DNA of 38,003 nucleotides. Source: a virus. Taxonomy: Duplodnaviria > Caudoviricetes. The stretch is from the IMG/VR virus record IMGVR_UViG_3300016667_000819, positions 1 through 38,003 of that record; one strand, 5' to 3'. The notes below the pieces were generated by a model. The model was given only the letters and a program-made list of their open reading frames with translations, did no database searches and was not told the DNA's origin. This document shows positions 8,064 to 19,200 of the stretch, in pieces (position 1 is the first letter of the stretch; each line of letters opens with the position of its first letter). The translations under genes and the position numbers were made by a program.

Positions 8064-8092
8064 ATATTGCAGCCAAAAAAGCCTTACGTCAA
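8064..8092 (-). promoter_or_regulatory. Possible sigma70-type promoter P9: TTGACG-17-CAATAT
   Basis: Weaker -10; the -35 TGA is the stop of the upstream gene. Confidence 0.5.
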
Positions 8093-8361
8093 GAGCCTAC
8101 TGGTCCAGCCTCAGCCCATCCTAGGATTCGGTTTCTGCGCAAGCTACGCCATCCCACCATCCTGTCCCATACGGTGATGATGTTTTTGCGCTTGATCCTA
8201 TAGGGTCGTTTGTAGACATAAGTGAAAAGCTTGTGGTTTTTTGTAGCCATCATAATACGAGGAGTTCCATCCAATCTCAAATACTTGATTCTCACCCATC
8301 CTCTGACCAGTGCTGCATCAAGTGCACTTGCTTCCAGGAGCAGCATTTCACCAGCTTTCAT
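8089..8361 (-). CDS. WYL_2/SH3-beta-barrel-fold protein, 90 aa, basic
   Basis: GxVxIxYxxxDGTxRxMxAT...VWDxxxGWRSLRxxRI pattern; start re-called to ATG 8361, 5 nt after TAAATA (8367-8372). Confidence 0.7.
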   Translation of the reverse strand: MKAGEMLLLEASALDAALVRGWVRIKYLRLDGTPRIMMATKNHKLFTYVYKRPYRIKRKNIITVWDRMVGWRSLRRNRILGWAEAGPVGS

Positions 8362-8390
8362 ACTCTTATTTAGAGTGCTGTGCTGCATCC

Positions 8391-8717
8391 TCAGTTTGTA
8401 TGCACCAACTGCATGTGTAGAGGTGGTGGAGGAATCACACGGGCTAATCTTGCACCAAGCCACGGTCGCCAGTGGATGGGTTTCCTGGACACAAGCTCTT
8501 CAATCAAAGATTGACGCCATTGCTTAACCAACTGGTGCTGTGGTGCTGCATAGCCATCTGCTGGCATGCGCAGGTAACACAACACCAAATTGTCTTGCAA
8601 TTCCGCTGTGGTTCGCCACTTGATTAGTGCCAGTTCGCAGTCAAGGCGGTCTTGATCCAAATCAAGAGGACAGCAAAGATCTGCAGAAACACTCCAATCT
8701 TCAGTTACAGTAACCAT
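8391..8717 (-). CDS. Hypothetical protein, 108 aa
   Basis: Overlaps the end of the upstream gene; operon context. Confidence 0.55.
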   Translation of the reverse strand: MVTVTEDWSVSADLCCPLDLDQDRLDCELALIKWRTTAELQDNLVLCYLRMPADGYAAPQHQLVKQWRQSLIEELVSRKPIHWRPWLGARLARVIPPPPLHMQLVHTN

Positions 8718-8908
8718 GCCAACTCCATCATCATTGCGTGTTCAAATTTTTGAAAATCCCAAGTGCCATTATTCCAACCAATGGACCACAACACACCTTC
8801 ATTTCCAAATTGTGCATGGCACCAATTATCCATTGGAGTCCAGTCAATTACATCAAAGTTCATTCGCACACTCCATGGAAACTGCAAGTTGTGTGTTTTT
8901 TCAATCAT
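8705..8908 (-). CDS. Small Trp-rich protein (WC-x3-FG family)
   Basis: NWCHAQFG...W...FQKFEHAMMMELAW. Confidence 0.7.
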   Translation of the reverse strand: MIEKTHNLQFPWSVRMNFDVIDWTPMDNWCHAQFGNEGVLWSIGWNNGTWDFQKFEHAMMMELAWLL

Positions 8909-9404
8909 TCTCCACTCGGCTTATTTCCCAAGGGAAAACATACCAAACAGGATCCAATTCCTTGTTGATTTTGATGCCCCAATAGTTGCTTTGATGTGAA
9001 CTTGCTTGGTTTTCCAACAGCACCCCAAATTTGATTTGATTGCTGGGCCACTCCCCTAGCTTTTCTTTTGACTTTGTTAACGAATTGCTCCAAGTATTCT
9101 TGATGCACACACTCGTTGCACCACTGTCATTTATGTCGTCGACAACTAAGATGTTTTGATTATTGAAAATTTCCAATGCAAGATTGATGTTGAAATTCTG
9201 ATACCACAGGGAGTTGTCTCGCAAGCTCACATCTATAGTGCACATAGGCGTGCCCCAGTAATAGCTGATCATTTTGGCTGGCAACAACCCACCACGTGAT
9301 ACACCAACAACAATAGTGGGCTTCCAGCCGCTGCTTTCGATCTGATCACAAAGCTTTCGTGTCAAATACTTTATATCGTCAAAACTCAAATATTTTTTGT
9401 TCAT
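8901..9404 (-). CDS. Type I phosphoribosyltransferase (purine PRTase-like)
   Basis: GVSRGGL, PRPP-binding loop LVVDDINDSGAT, C-terminal WYVFPWE. Confidence 0.9.
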   Translation of the reverse strand: MNKKYLSFDDIKYLTRKLCDQIESSGWKPTIVVGVSRGGLLPAKMISYYWGTPMCTIDVSLRDNSLWYQNFNINLALEIFNNQNILVVDDINDSGATSVCIKNTWSNSLTKSKEKLGEWPSNQIKFGVLLENQASSHQSNYWGIKINKELDPVWYVFPWEISRVEND

Positions 9405-9408
9405 CTCT

Positions 9409-9451
9409 TATTTTGTGGGAAAGGTAGTTTGTGTCAATTTCCTTGTAAATA
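9409..9451. promoter_or_regulatory. Divergent promoter region: - strand TTGACA (9432-9437, weak -10) and + strand TAAATA (9446-9451)
   Basis: 47-bp gap between divergent genes at the early/late boundary. Confidence 0.55.
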
Positions 9452-9853
9452 ATGATTATGGCAGTAGCACCTCGTACACGCTTGTTCATTGGATACAGTT
9501 CAGTGGACACCAGCATCAAAAGAACACAATTCACTGATCTTGAGCTTATCAAGAGAGATTTGGTAAATGCATTTTACACTCGGAAACGCGAAAGAGTTAT
9601 GCGTCCTGACTTTGGGTCAATTATTTGGGACATGTTGTTTGAGCCCATGGTGGCTGATAATATACAACTGATAATAGATGACTGCTACCAAATAGTTGCC
9701 TCAGACGGAAGGGTTCAAATAAGAGACATCAAACTCACTCCCTATGACAATGGCTTACAACTTTTTATGGACTTGTATTATCAGCCGCTGGACATTGTTG
9801 ATGTGTTTCAAATTGACTTTGATCGGCGTAATGTGGAAACCAACGTTATTTAA
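9452..9853 (+). CDS. Baseplate wedge protein, gp25/GpW-like
   Basis: DLxNxFxTRKxERVMRPDFGSIIWDxLFEP...DGRV motif; the start may be ATG 9458. Confidence 0.88.
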   Translation: MIMAVAPRTRLFIGYSSVDTSIKRTQFTDLELIKRDLVNAFYTRKRERVMRPDFGSIIWDMLFEPMVADNIQLIIDDCYQIVASDGRVQIRDIKLTPYDNGLQLFMDLYYQPLDIVDVFQIDFDRRNVETNVI

Positions 9854-9878
9854 GTTAAATGCTCAGTTAAAACTCGCT

Positions 9879-9884
9879 TAAATA
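9879..9884 (+). promoter_or_regulatory. Putative late promoter TAAATA
   Basis: Intergenic, 30 nt before the baseplate gene. Confidence 0.55.
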
Positions 9885-9914
9885 CTCAAGTAGATAAAAC
9901 AGGGCACATATCGA

Positions 9915-12900
9915 ATGAGTCAAAGCCTCCGACAAAATAATTTATTCTTGGGCCAAGATTGGCGCGTGTTGTATCAAGCCATGAGCCAAGTGAATTTTAA
10001 TTCTTATGACTATGACACAATTCGTCAGGCGTTGATTGATTACATACGTTTGAACTATCCGGAAGATTTCAACGACTGGATTGAAAGCAGCGAATTTGTT
10101 GCCATAATTGAACTGTTGAGCTATTTGGCATCCAGTTTGGCATTTCGATTGGATCTCAATATCCGGGAAAATTTCATCGATACTGCCACACGCAGAGACA
10201 GCATTTTCCGCCTTGCACGACTGATTTCTTACAACCCTCGGCGCTGTATTGCTGCACAAGGTTTGGTTAAGTTAACTCAAGTTATAACTGATCAAAACAT
10301 ATTTGATTCAAATGGATTCAATCTAGCCAACGTGCCTGTTATCTGGAACGATGCCAACAATCCCGACTGGTTTGAGCAATTTGTTTTGGTTTTGAACGCC
10401 AGCTTCAGCAAGGTAAATCCTTTTGGCCAACCAGTGAAAACTGGGTCAGTAAATGGGCTCACAGTTGAACGATATGATCTTGATAACATTGTAACACGCA
10501 CATTGGCTTTTCCATTCACATCTGTTGTGAATGGACAACAAATGAATTTTGAATTTGTCAACACTGACTTTGTGGGAAGTGTCAATGGCAGTATTACAGT
10601 GGGCGCAGCAGGCTATTACAGAGAAAAAACACCCAATTATATTCTGCCCTGGAGCTTGTTATACAGAAATGATGGCAATGGTAATGCCAGTCCTGACACG
10701 GGATTTTTTGGTTTATTCAAACAAGGAACACTAGCATTTACTGATTTCGTGATCTCTGAACCCTTGAGCAATCGTGTGCTGGATTTAACTGCTTTGAATG
10801 TAAATGAAAGTGATGTGTGGGTTGAAACTGTTGACGACCAAGGCAATACTCTCATTGAGTGGACCAAAGTGCCAGCCTTGTTTGGCACAAACATTGCATA
10901 TAATGCATTGAATCGTGCAACACGTGATATTTTTCAAGTTATCACACGTGATATAAGTGGCACTGATTCCATCAGCATCAAATTCAGTGATGGCAACTTT
11001 GGTAACATTCCTGTTGGGCGTATCAGAGTCTACTATCGCACCAGCAATAACTTAACTTACACTATCTTGCCACAAGAAATTGCCAGTGTGCCACTTAGCT
11101 TGAGTTACTACAGAGAAAATGATGGCACTTCACAAAATCTCTTGCAAATGCAATTTGATCTGCAAAGCACTGTGGCCAACAGCCTCAGTCGTGAAAGCAA
11201 TACATTTATAAAAGAGCGAGCACCAGCTGTATTTTACTCTCAGAATCGGATGGTGAATGGGGAGGATTACAATGTATATCCTCTGATCAGCAGTCAAGCA
11301 TTGAAAATCAAAAGTGTTAACCGAGTCTACAGTGGCCAAAGTCGATACATTGACATAAATGATCCCACAAGCACATATCAAAATTCAAAAGTTTTTTCTG
11401 ATGATGGGATCTTGTTTCAAGAAGAGCATGAAACCTATATTGAAGTGCCCAACAGTTTAAATGCCAACACAACACAAATACTGGACACCTACATTCAACC
11501 TTTGATTCAAGGCAGTTTTGATTCAAGAAAAATCAACACAGATATGCGGGACTTTTATTTGGCCAAATACCCCAAACGCACGGGTGGCAACATTCAATGG
11601 ACAAATCAAAATCCCAGCAACACTGTGTTCCCCAACGCACATTTTTACACACAATCAGTGGATTTTGTTTTGGGTTTGCCGGACACAACATATGGCATAC
11701 GCAAAGGCAGCTATTTGTTTTTTGCCAATGGCACCAGCAGTTACCTGATTGATGAAGGCAACAGTGTAAGCAGTGGGGGAAACGCTGTAATCAGCAGTTT
11801 TGTGCCCAACGGTGTTTTCTTAAGCAGTGTCGTGCCCAGCTACAAAGATGTGCTAACTGCTAGTGAAAAAGAAGCAATCAAAAATGCTTTGGAGGAAAAA
11901 CTTTCGTTTGGTATAACTTACATGCAGCTCACAGGCATGTGGCAGGTGATTTCCACCAGTAATCTAGCTGTTGACTCAGACTTTTCTCTAGCTCAGCAAG
12001 GTAATACGTCTAATCAAAACCTCGATGCAAGCTGGCTCATTCAACTCAAATATGTGCCAGGTTTTGGTTGGTATATCACAAGCCGCGGGATGAGATACGT
12101 TTTTGAAAGCAAGCATGATGTGAGGTTTTATACCATCAATACAACCCCAGTGGTGAACAGTATAACTGGCTTGGCCAACCAAGACTTTATTAAAGTGCTG
12201 CGGGTGAACACTGACCCAGCTAACAACAGTGTTTTTTCCCAAGACTGGTTTTGGCCCATTGCATCACAACAACTATACCCTGATGGCTATGTTGAACCAC
12301 GCAGAGTGCAAGTGAGGTTTCAAGATTCCAACTATGACGGAATTGTTGACAATCCTGATGAGTTCAAAACCATTGTGGCCCCAGACCGCGAGCAACAAAT
12401 TGATCCCAATACTGGATTGATTTCTCCCAACAGCTTTCCTTATGTGTTTTGGAAAACCACAGTAATAAATGGTTTTGATTATTTGACACCCACATCAGTC
12501 AATAAAATTTTCACTGACCTCATTACAATGAGCACAAAATATCCTCCCAACCCCCTAGCTTGGGCAGACAAAGACATTGCTTATGTGAGAGATCAAAAAC
12601 TGTTTTTCCAATATCAGGCCAGCACCAACAGCTTGCTGGATGTCACAGTAAGCTACAAGGCAGCAGTGGGCCGCAATGATCTCAACTATTGCTGGCAGCA
12701 CTTTATTGACAAAAGCAAGCGTGTTGATCCTGCCATCATGAACATAATTGACACTTATGTTTTAACAAGCTCTTATGACACAGCCATGCGTAACTGGATT
12801 GCCCGCGGCAAAACCAGTGATCCCATGCCTGAGCCTCCAACACCAGAGGATTTGCGCATTACTTTCGCAGAATTTGACACCTACAAAATGATGACCGATC

Positions 12901-13295
12901 AACTTATTTGGCACCCTGTGAAGTACAAACTGCTGTTTGGACAAAGTGCTGATCCTGAGTTGCGTGTTACCTTCAAAGTTGTGAAAAACACAGGCGTAAG
13001 CATTACCGACAGTGAAATCAAAGCACGTATTATACGAGATGTGGACAATTATTTCAGTATAGCCAATTGGGATTTTGGCCAAAGCTTCTTTTTCACAGAG
13101 CTTGCAGCATATATTCATCAACAAAATCCTGCTGTGCTGAATTCTGTTGTGATTGTGCCACAAAACCAAGACAGCAGTTTTGGCGATTTGTTTGAAATCA
13201 AATGCCAACCGGATGAAATTTTCATAAGCAGTGCGAAAGTCACTGACATTTTGATAGTGCCCAGCTTAAACCAAACTGAATTGAGACTGAAATGA
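9915..13295 (+). CDS. Baseplate wedge subunit, T4 gp6-like, 1126 aa
   Basis: DYDTIRxxLIxY, ENFIDTAxRRDSIxRLARLISYNP, IKFSDGNFGNIP, IKERAPxxFxSQNRMVNGEDY motifs; follows gp25. Confidence 0.88.
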   Translation: MSQSLRQNNLFLGQDWRVLYQAMSQVNFNSYDYDTIRQALIDYIRLNYPEDFNDWIESSEFVAIIELLSYLASSLAFRLDLNIRENFIDTATRRDSIFRLARLISYNPRRCIAAQGLVKLTQVITDQNIFDSNGFNLANVPVIWNDANNPDWFEQFVLVLNASFSKVNPFGQPVKTGSVNGLTVERYDLDNIVTRTLAFPFTSVVNGQQMNFEFVNTDFVGSVNGSITVGAAGYYREKTPNYILPWSLLYRNDGNGNASPDTGFFGLFKQGTLAFTDFVISEPLSNRVLDLTALNVNESDVWVETVDDQGNTLIEWTKVPALFGTNIAYNALNRATRDIFQVITRDISGTDSISIKFSDGNFGNIPVGRIRVYYRTSNNLTYTILPQEIASVPLSLSYYRENDGTSQNLLQMQFDLQSTVANSLSRESNTFIKERAPAVFYSQNRMVNGEDYNVYPLISSQALKIKSVNRVYSGQSRYIDINDPTSTYQNSKVFSDDGILFQEEHETYIEVPNSLNANTTQILDTYIQPLIQGSFDSRKINTDMRDFYLAKYPKRTGGNIQWTNQNPSNTVFPNAHFYTQSVDFVLGLPDTTYGIRKGSYLFFANGTSSYLIDEGNSVSSGGNAVISSFVPNGVFLSSVVPSYKDVLTASEKEAIKNALEEKLSFGITYMQLTGMWQVISTSNLAVDSDFSLAQQGNTSNQNLDASWLIQLKYVPGFGWYITSRGMRYVFESKHDVRFYTINTTPVVNSITGLANQDFIKVLRVNTDPANNSVFSQDWFWPIASQQLYPDGYVEPRRVQVRFQDSNYDGIVDNPDEFKTIVAPDREQQIDPNTGLISPNSFPYVFWKTTVINGFDYLTPTSVNKIFTDLITMSTKYPPNPLAWADKDIAYVRDQKLFFQYQASTNSLLDVTVSYKAAVGRNDLNYCWQHFIDKSKRVDPAIMNIIDTYVLTSSYDTAMRNWIARGKTSDPMPEPPTPEDLRITFAEFDTYKMMTDQLIWHPVKYKLLFGQSADPELRVTFKVVKNTGVSITDSEIKARIIRDVDNYFSIANWDFGQSFFFTELAAYIHQQNPAVLNSVVIVPQNQDSSFGDLFEIKCQPDEIFISSAKVTDILIVPSLNQTELRLK

Positions 13296-16200
13296 GCGAC
13301 ACAAAACGACGAATAAGCGATCTGCTACCTGAAGTACTTCAAACAGATATCCTGCGTAAATTTTTCGCAGCAACCGCTGACCATTTGTTTCAACCAGAAA
13401 AAGTTGAATATTTGAACAACTACATTGGCCGCAAGCCCAGCTGGTACAATCCCAAGAAAGATTTCTATGTGGCGGAGTCTACCAAAGCTCGCCAAGATTA
13501 TCAAGTTGAAGCCACTGCCATTAGCAGGAGCCAAGGCAGTGACACCGTGTCGCACATTTTGTTTTACGAAGACTTGTTGAACAAATTGCGCAGCCAAGGC
13601 GCTTTGACAAATGATCACAATCGACTATTTGAACAAGAGTACTACAGTTTTGGCTTGCCTTGTGATTGCGACATGTGGCTTAACTTTCAGGAGTATGTGT
13701 GGTTAAGTGATGGTCCAGATACTATCTCTTTGCTGGACACAACTGATTTCAGCGCCATAAGCCTTCAAAGCAGTTTCACATACACAGGCAGATACTCATT
13801 TGCCAGCAGCACTTCAACTGTTATTGACGGTACACAAACCCCGTTGGTATTTTCCTCGGGGTTGAAAGTCAAGCCCACTCTTGATTTGAATATTCAACTC
13901 AGAGATCGTGAGTTGATAATTGAAGGTGTAGGTAGGAAAATTTATTTTGTGGATGACACCAACAGCAGTCTCAAGATACGATGGGACAACCCCAAAGAAT
14001 ATGACAGCACTCCCTGGGATGGTGTAGACAGATTGGTTACTCCTGCGTATGTTGTTCTTCAACGAGGTAGCGCCAACCAAAATCCATGGAGTGTGCGGAA
14101 TCGTTGGTTCCATAGGGATATTTTAAGTCAAAGCCAAACCCTGTTGCCTGACATCAACACATTTGTGGCCAAGTATCCCATCATTTGTTTTGACAAAACC
14201 ACAACCTTGTATAATTTTGGAACCACTGGCCGAGGTAGAGTGAGTCTTGTGGACAACCGTACACTGGATTTGGGTAACCTGATTGGACGCAGCCAAAGCA
14301 ATAACAATCCCATTTTGGTGGATGGCATCAGCCTTGATGACGGCATGACAATTTTGTTCACCAATTTAAGTGATCCGCTGGCCAACAACAGGATTTATCG
14401 CGTCAGTGGTATCCGGAGCGACAACAAACTCACACTGCAACTGTTGCCAAACGGTAGCGATGTCTCTGGTGCACCCAAAAACAATGACAGCATCTATGTG
14501 AGCAATGGCGACCCATTGAACATATTTTTTGACACATACTTGCGTTATCAAACCAGCACTAGTTCTTGGGTGTCAGCACAAAGCTGGAAACAAACAGTGG
14601 GCAGTCAAACTCCCTTGTTCCAGTTGTTTGACACTGAGGGTAACAGCTTAAGCGATCCCAGCATTTATCCCTTGAGTAACTTTTCTGGATCAAGTTTGTT
14701 TGCCTACGACCCAAGCCAGTTGGCTGAGTTGAACCAAAACATTTTACAAGTATCAGCCAATGAATTAGCCTTTCTCAACACTCTCTCCACAGAGAGTTGG
14801 ACTTATCAGCCTCAAAACACACGAGTTGACATCACTGGCTATTTGTTTTGGGAAACAGTTGATCCCTCTTCACAACGTGTAGTTTATCAAAACAACTGGT
14901 TCAAAAGTCCTGTATTGAGCAGACAATATGTTGTGAATCAATATTACACTACACAGAGCCAACAGTCTTTTTCACTAGATCAAGCACCTGGTGTTGGTGC
15001 CCCAGGACCAAATGCTATAAATGTGGAAGTGGCTGGCAGGATGCTGACCCCTGCTGAATACACTGTAAGCGGCAATGTTTTGACTTTAGCAGCAGTTGCA
15101 CCTCCCTACACCAATGTGGTAGTGAAAACATGGCAAAACATCAACAACACTGCCACCAACGGTTATTTTGAAATACCCAAGAACCTAGAGGCAAACCCCA
15201 ATAACCAAGAAGTCACAACTGTAACACGGCAAAACATAATCAATCATTTGATTACTGTTATTGGTAACCAGCTGAACATCTCAGGTAATATTATTGGTTC
15301 CAACAACTGGAGAGACACTGCACAAAATCAAAGCTTGGGTACAGTGATTCTTCAGCACAGAGCTCCTTTGTTGAAAACAATGATTTTGAACAGCATTTCT
15401 CAAACCACTGCCTTGACCAGCAGCAACGCATTGTTGGACCCAATGGTGGTCATGCAATGGGCACAAAAAGAATACTTGCGGTTTTACAACAAATACATCA
15501 ACAGTTTGATCAATTTATACAACAGCGGCGGAATAACACTGGCCAATCCCATAAATGAATGGGTTGACCGAGCCTTGAAAAGCATAAATGTTGGCAAAAC
15601 TTTGAACAGTCCATGGGCCATGAGTGGGTTTGATGGCGTGCCTGGTAGGTATTGCAGCGAAAAATCCACTAATCCCACATTTGTTCCTGCTAGTGCAACA
15701 AGATTGGGAGTTACACCTGCATTTGTGCCCACAGCGTTTTTTGACACAACACAGCCTGGAGCTCCTTTGAGTCTCAGATGCCACAACGGTGCAGTTGTTG
15801 TATTGAAAGATTTCAACGGCGCTGATTTGGGCACAATAAGAGAGGGCCTGGCCACAACAGCTGATCCAGAACTTTTGACACATCCGGTGGCCAGAGCTTG
15901 GATGCAACTGGAAGTGGATTTGTTCAACTCACTGCCTGCCACATACAGAAATCCTGACTCTGCCCAAAAGCTGGATACACGAACCATATTTTCTGGCAAA
16001 TGGAGAACCACAAACTATAGCTACAAAGATCAGTTGACTTTAATGTATCCAATATTTGAACGTTGGCTAACAACAAATCAACTAGATGCATTTAAAAACA
16101 CAACTTACCAAATTGATGATCCATTTTCTTGGAATTACGGAAAGTGCACTGATCAAGAAAACAATCCGGTGCCAGGGCATTGGCGTGGAATCTACTTTTT

Positions 16201-19200
16201 GTTCTTTGATACTGATCGTCCAGATTCTGCACCCTGGGAAATGTTGGGATTCAGTCAACAACCTTCTTGGTGGACTGCTGAATACGGCCCAGCACCCTAC
16301 AGTAATGGCAATACAAAATTATGGTATGACTTGCGTGATGGCAGAATCCGTCAAGGTCAACGCCAAGGAATTGATCCTGCTTATGCTAGACCAGGATTGA
16401 TGCAATATGTACCAGTGAACGAGTTTGGTGAGTTGTTGCCTCCTGTGCTCGCCAAAATAGTCACAACGTCGCCAAGCGAAGCGGAAGCAAGAGCAGACTG
16501 GAAGTTTGGCGATCGCGGACCTTTGGAAAATGTTTGGCTTACTGCTGTGGACGCTGATCAAATCTGGGCACAAATTTCATACTTGGCCAAGCCGCCTCAA
16601 TTTATTGAATATCTTTGGGACGGTCCAAGGGCACAACAGATTTTCGCAAGTCAAGACACCGCTCAATGGATTTGGAAAGATTACAAGAAAAGAGTCAGCA
16701 ACAGTGAACTTTTTGTTCATAGGGAAAACCCTCAGAATGTCACAACACTGCGGAGCGATCTTTCTTATTATGGGTCCTGCGGGATTCAACATTGGATAAG
16801 TGAATACTTGATAAATGACAGCCGCAGTGTTTCTGAATATTTTGGTAATGTTGTGAGAAACAGCGATGTGAGTTTGGGTTATCGGGCTGCTGGGTTCATC
16901 GACGGCACAAGTGTTCAACTTTTGGTTGACAGTTTTGGCTTGAGCTCCAATGACAGTTTATTGATACCTCAAGAGGATGTTACAAACAATCTCATCCGCA
17001 GCGCGAGCTTGAAAGAGTTTTTCTATAGCGGTGTGATTGTAGAATACCGTGGAACTGAGGGCTATCGTGTAATTGGTTACGACAGTTATGATCCCAATTT
17101 TTATATTATTCCCAGCAATTTAACTGGCCCCAAAACAACTGTGATTGTTGACAAAGTTCGTGCTATTGAATATAGGGTGGGCTTGCCAACCGTTAAGAAA
17201 GTGCCTTATGGAACCATTTTACAAACACAACAAGAAGTGTTTGACTTTTTGGTGAGCTTGGGTCGGTGGCAAACTAGCCAAGGATGGCTTTTTGACGAGT
17301 TCAATCCCACTACCGGGCAACAGCAAGATTGGAGCTTGAGTGGCAAAGAGTTCTTGTTTTGGAGCCAAGGCCCATGGGCGCCTGGCAACTACATTGCTTT
17401 GAGTCCATTGGCACTTAAAACAAAATTTGCCACTGGCTTTGGTACTATTCAAAATATTGGTGGTATAGTAAATGGCAGCTACACAATTTTGGATCGTGGC
17501 GGCAGGCCCATCCAAGTTCAAAACATAGACTTTCTCCGAATTGATGACCAGGTTTCTGTTCGTCCCCTCAACGATCAAGGCATATTTGGACTGAGGCTAT
17601 ACACAACAGGTCTTGAGCATGCTTTGTTGTTTCAAAACAAAACAATATTTGGTGATACAGTATATGATCCCCTGTTTGATGTAAGACAAAGCCGATTTAA
17701 AATCCAAACTTACAAGAGTATGGATTGGGCAGGGAGGCTTGAAGCCCCTGGTTATTTGGTAACACAAACCACATCCACTATTGGGGATCGTGTAGTTGTC
17801 AATAACCAAATATTGGCCAATTTTGAAAAAACTGTGAACGATGTGCGCAAGCTCTACAATGTGGATGTGCCTACTCCCTACAGCTTTACTGACTCAACAG
17901 GCGTCCATGAAAATACAGTGAGTGCACTTTCACAGTCCTTACCGCAGCGATACAACATGCTGGCCACTCACTTAGTGGGGTATCAACAAAGAGAATATTT
18001 GACCAATCTTTTGGTCGATGAAACCACCCAGTTTCAATTTTACCAAGGAATGATCAAACAAAAAGGCACAAAAGGCACCATTGACAGTTTGTTGAGAAAT
18101 ACTCAGCTTGTGGATTCCAATGAAAGCTTTAGTTACTACGAAGAATACGCTTTCCGGTTGGGCACTTACGGCAGTAATGAACTAATTCACGGAATTGATG
18201 TATTGTTGCCTCAAGCGGAAGTGCGCAGCAATCCTCAATTGGTTGAGTTCTTTTCGGGCGAGACAGTGGACCTAAGTTACGACGATACAATCACTATTAC
18301 GCCCAAAGATTCAAGAGTGCTTTACAAGAGTGAACTTGCACCACAATTCTCCCTCAGAGATCATTACGGTTCTGAAGCTGGAGACTTACCAAACAGTGGA
18401 TATGTGTTGTTTTCTGAGGCAACTTATTATGTGAAAGATCAACAAGAGCTCTTGGGCTTATATCAAACTCTACAAAACAAGAACGTGGAGTTGCAAGCAC
18501 ATGACCGCGTATGGCAATTTATTGACTCTGCAATTGGTTGGAACATTTACAAAGTGTGCAAGCCCAGTTGGAGTATTCAACAAACCACACCTGTCACATT
18601 GAATCAAACAACTGTTGTTACAAACATTCCACACAAGTTACAGAATGGCGCTATACTGGTGTTGAGCGGTGTTTCAGGTGTAAATGGCAAATTGGATGGC
18701 ACCTTCATTGTGTTCAATGTTACGGCTAACACTTTTGATGTGCAAGCCACTACAGAGGGCACAGGCAGCAACGGACAAGTGCTGCAATACTGGAGCATAA
18801 GATTTCCCACTTATAATGATTTCCATACAGCAACACCTCCTGGTGGCTGGACACAACGGGATTTTGCCTATGTAGATGGCAACCGTGACACTCCTTGGAA
18901 AGTGTATCAAAAATACGGTGTGTGGTTTGAATACAGAAGTGAAAACAAAAAAGTTGACACCAAGCTCTTGCTGGCTAGTACACTTTACAACAAAACTACC
19001 CTACAAACACTTGTGCACTTGAACATCTGGGACCCAGGCAAAGGAGCACTGCCAGGCTTGGTAAGTGAAGAAGTCACATATCGCACAAACTGGGATCCAG
19101 CCAGCTATAATGCAGGTGATCCAAGACTGTATCAAGTTGATCCCAATTCAGCATGGGGCCCAAATCAAGTGGGCGAAACTTGGTGGGATTTAAGCACAAC

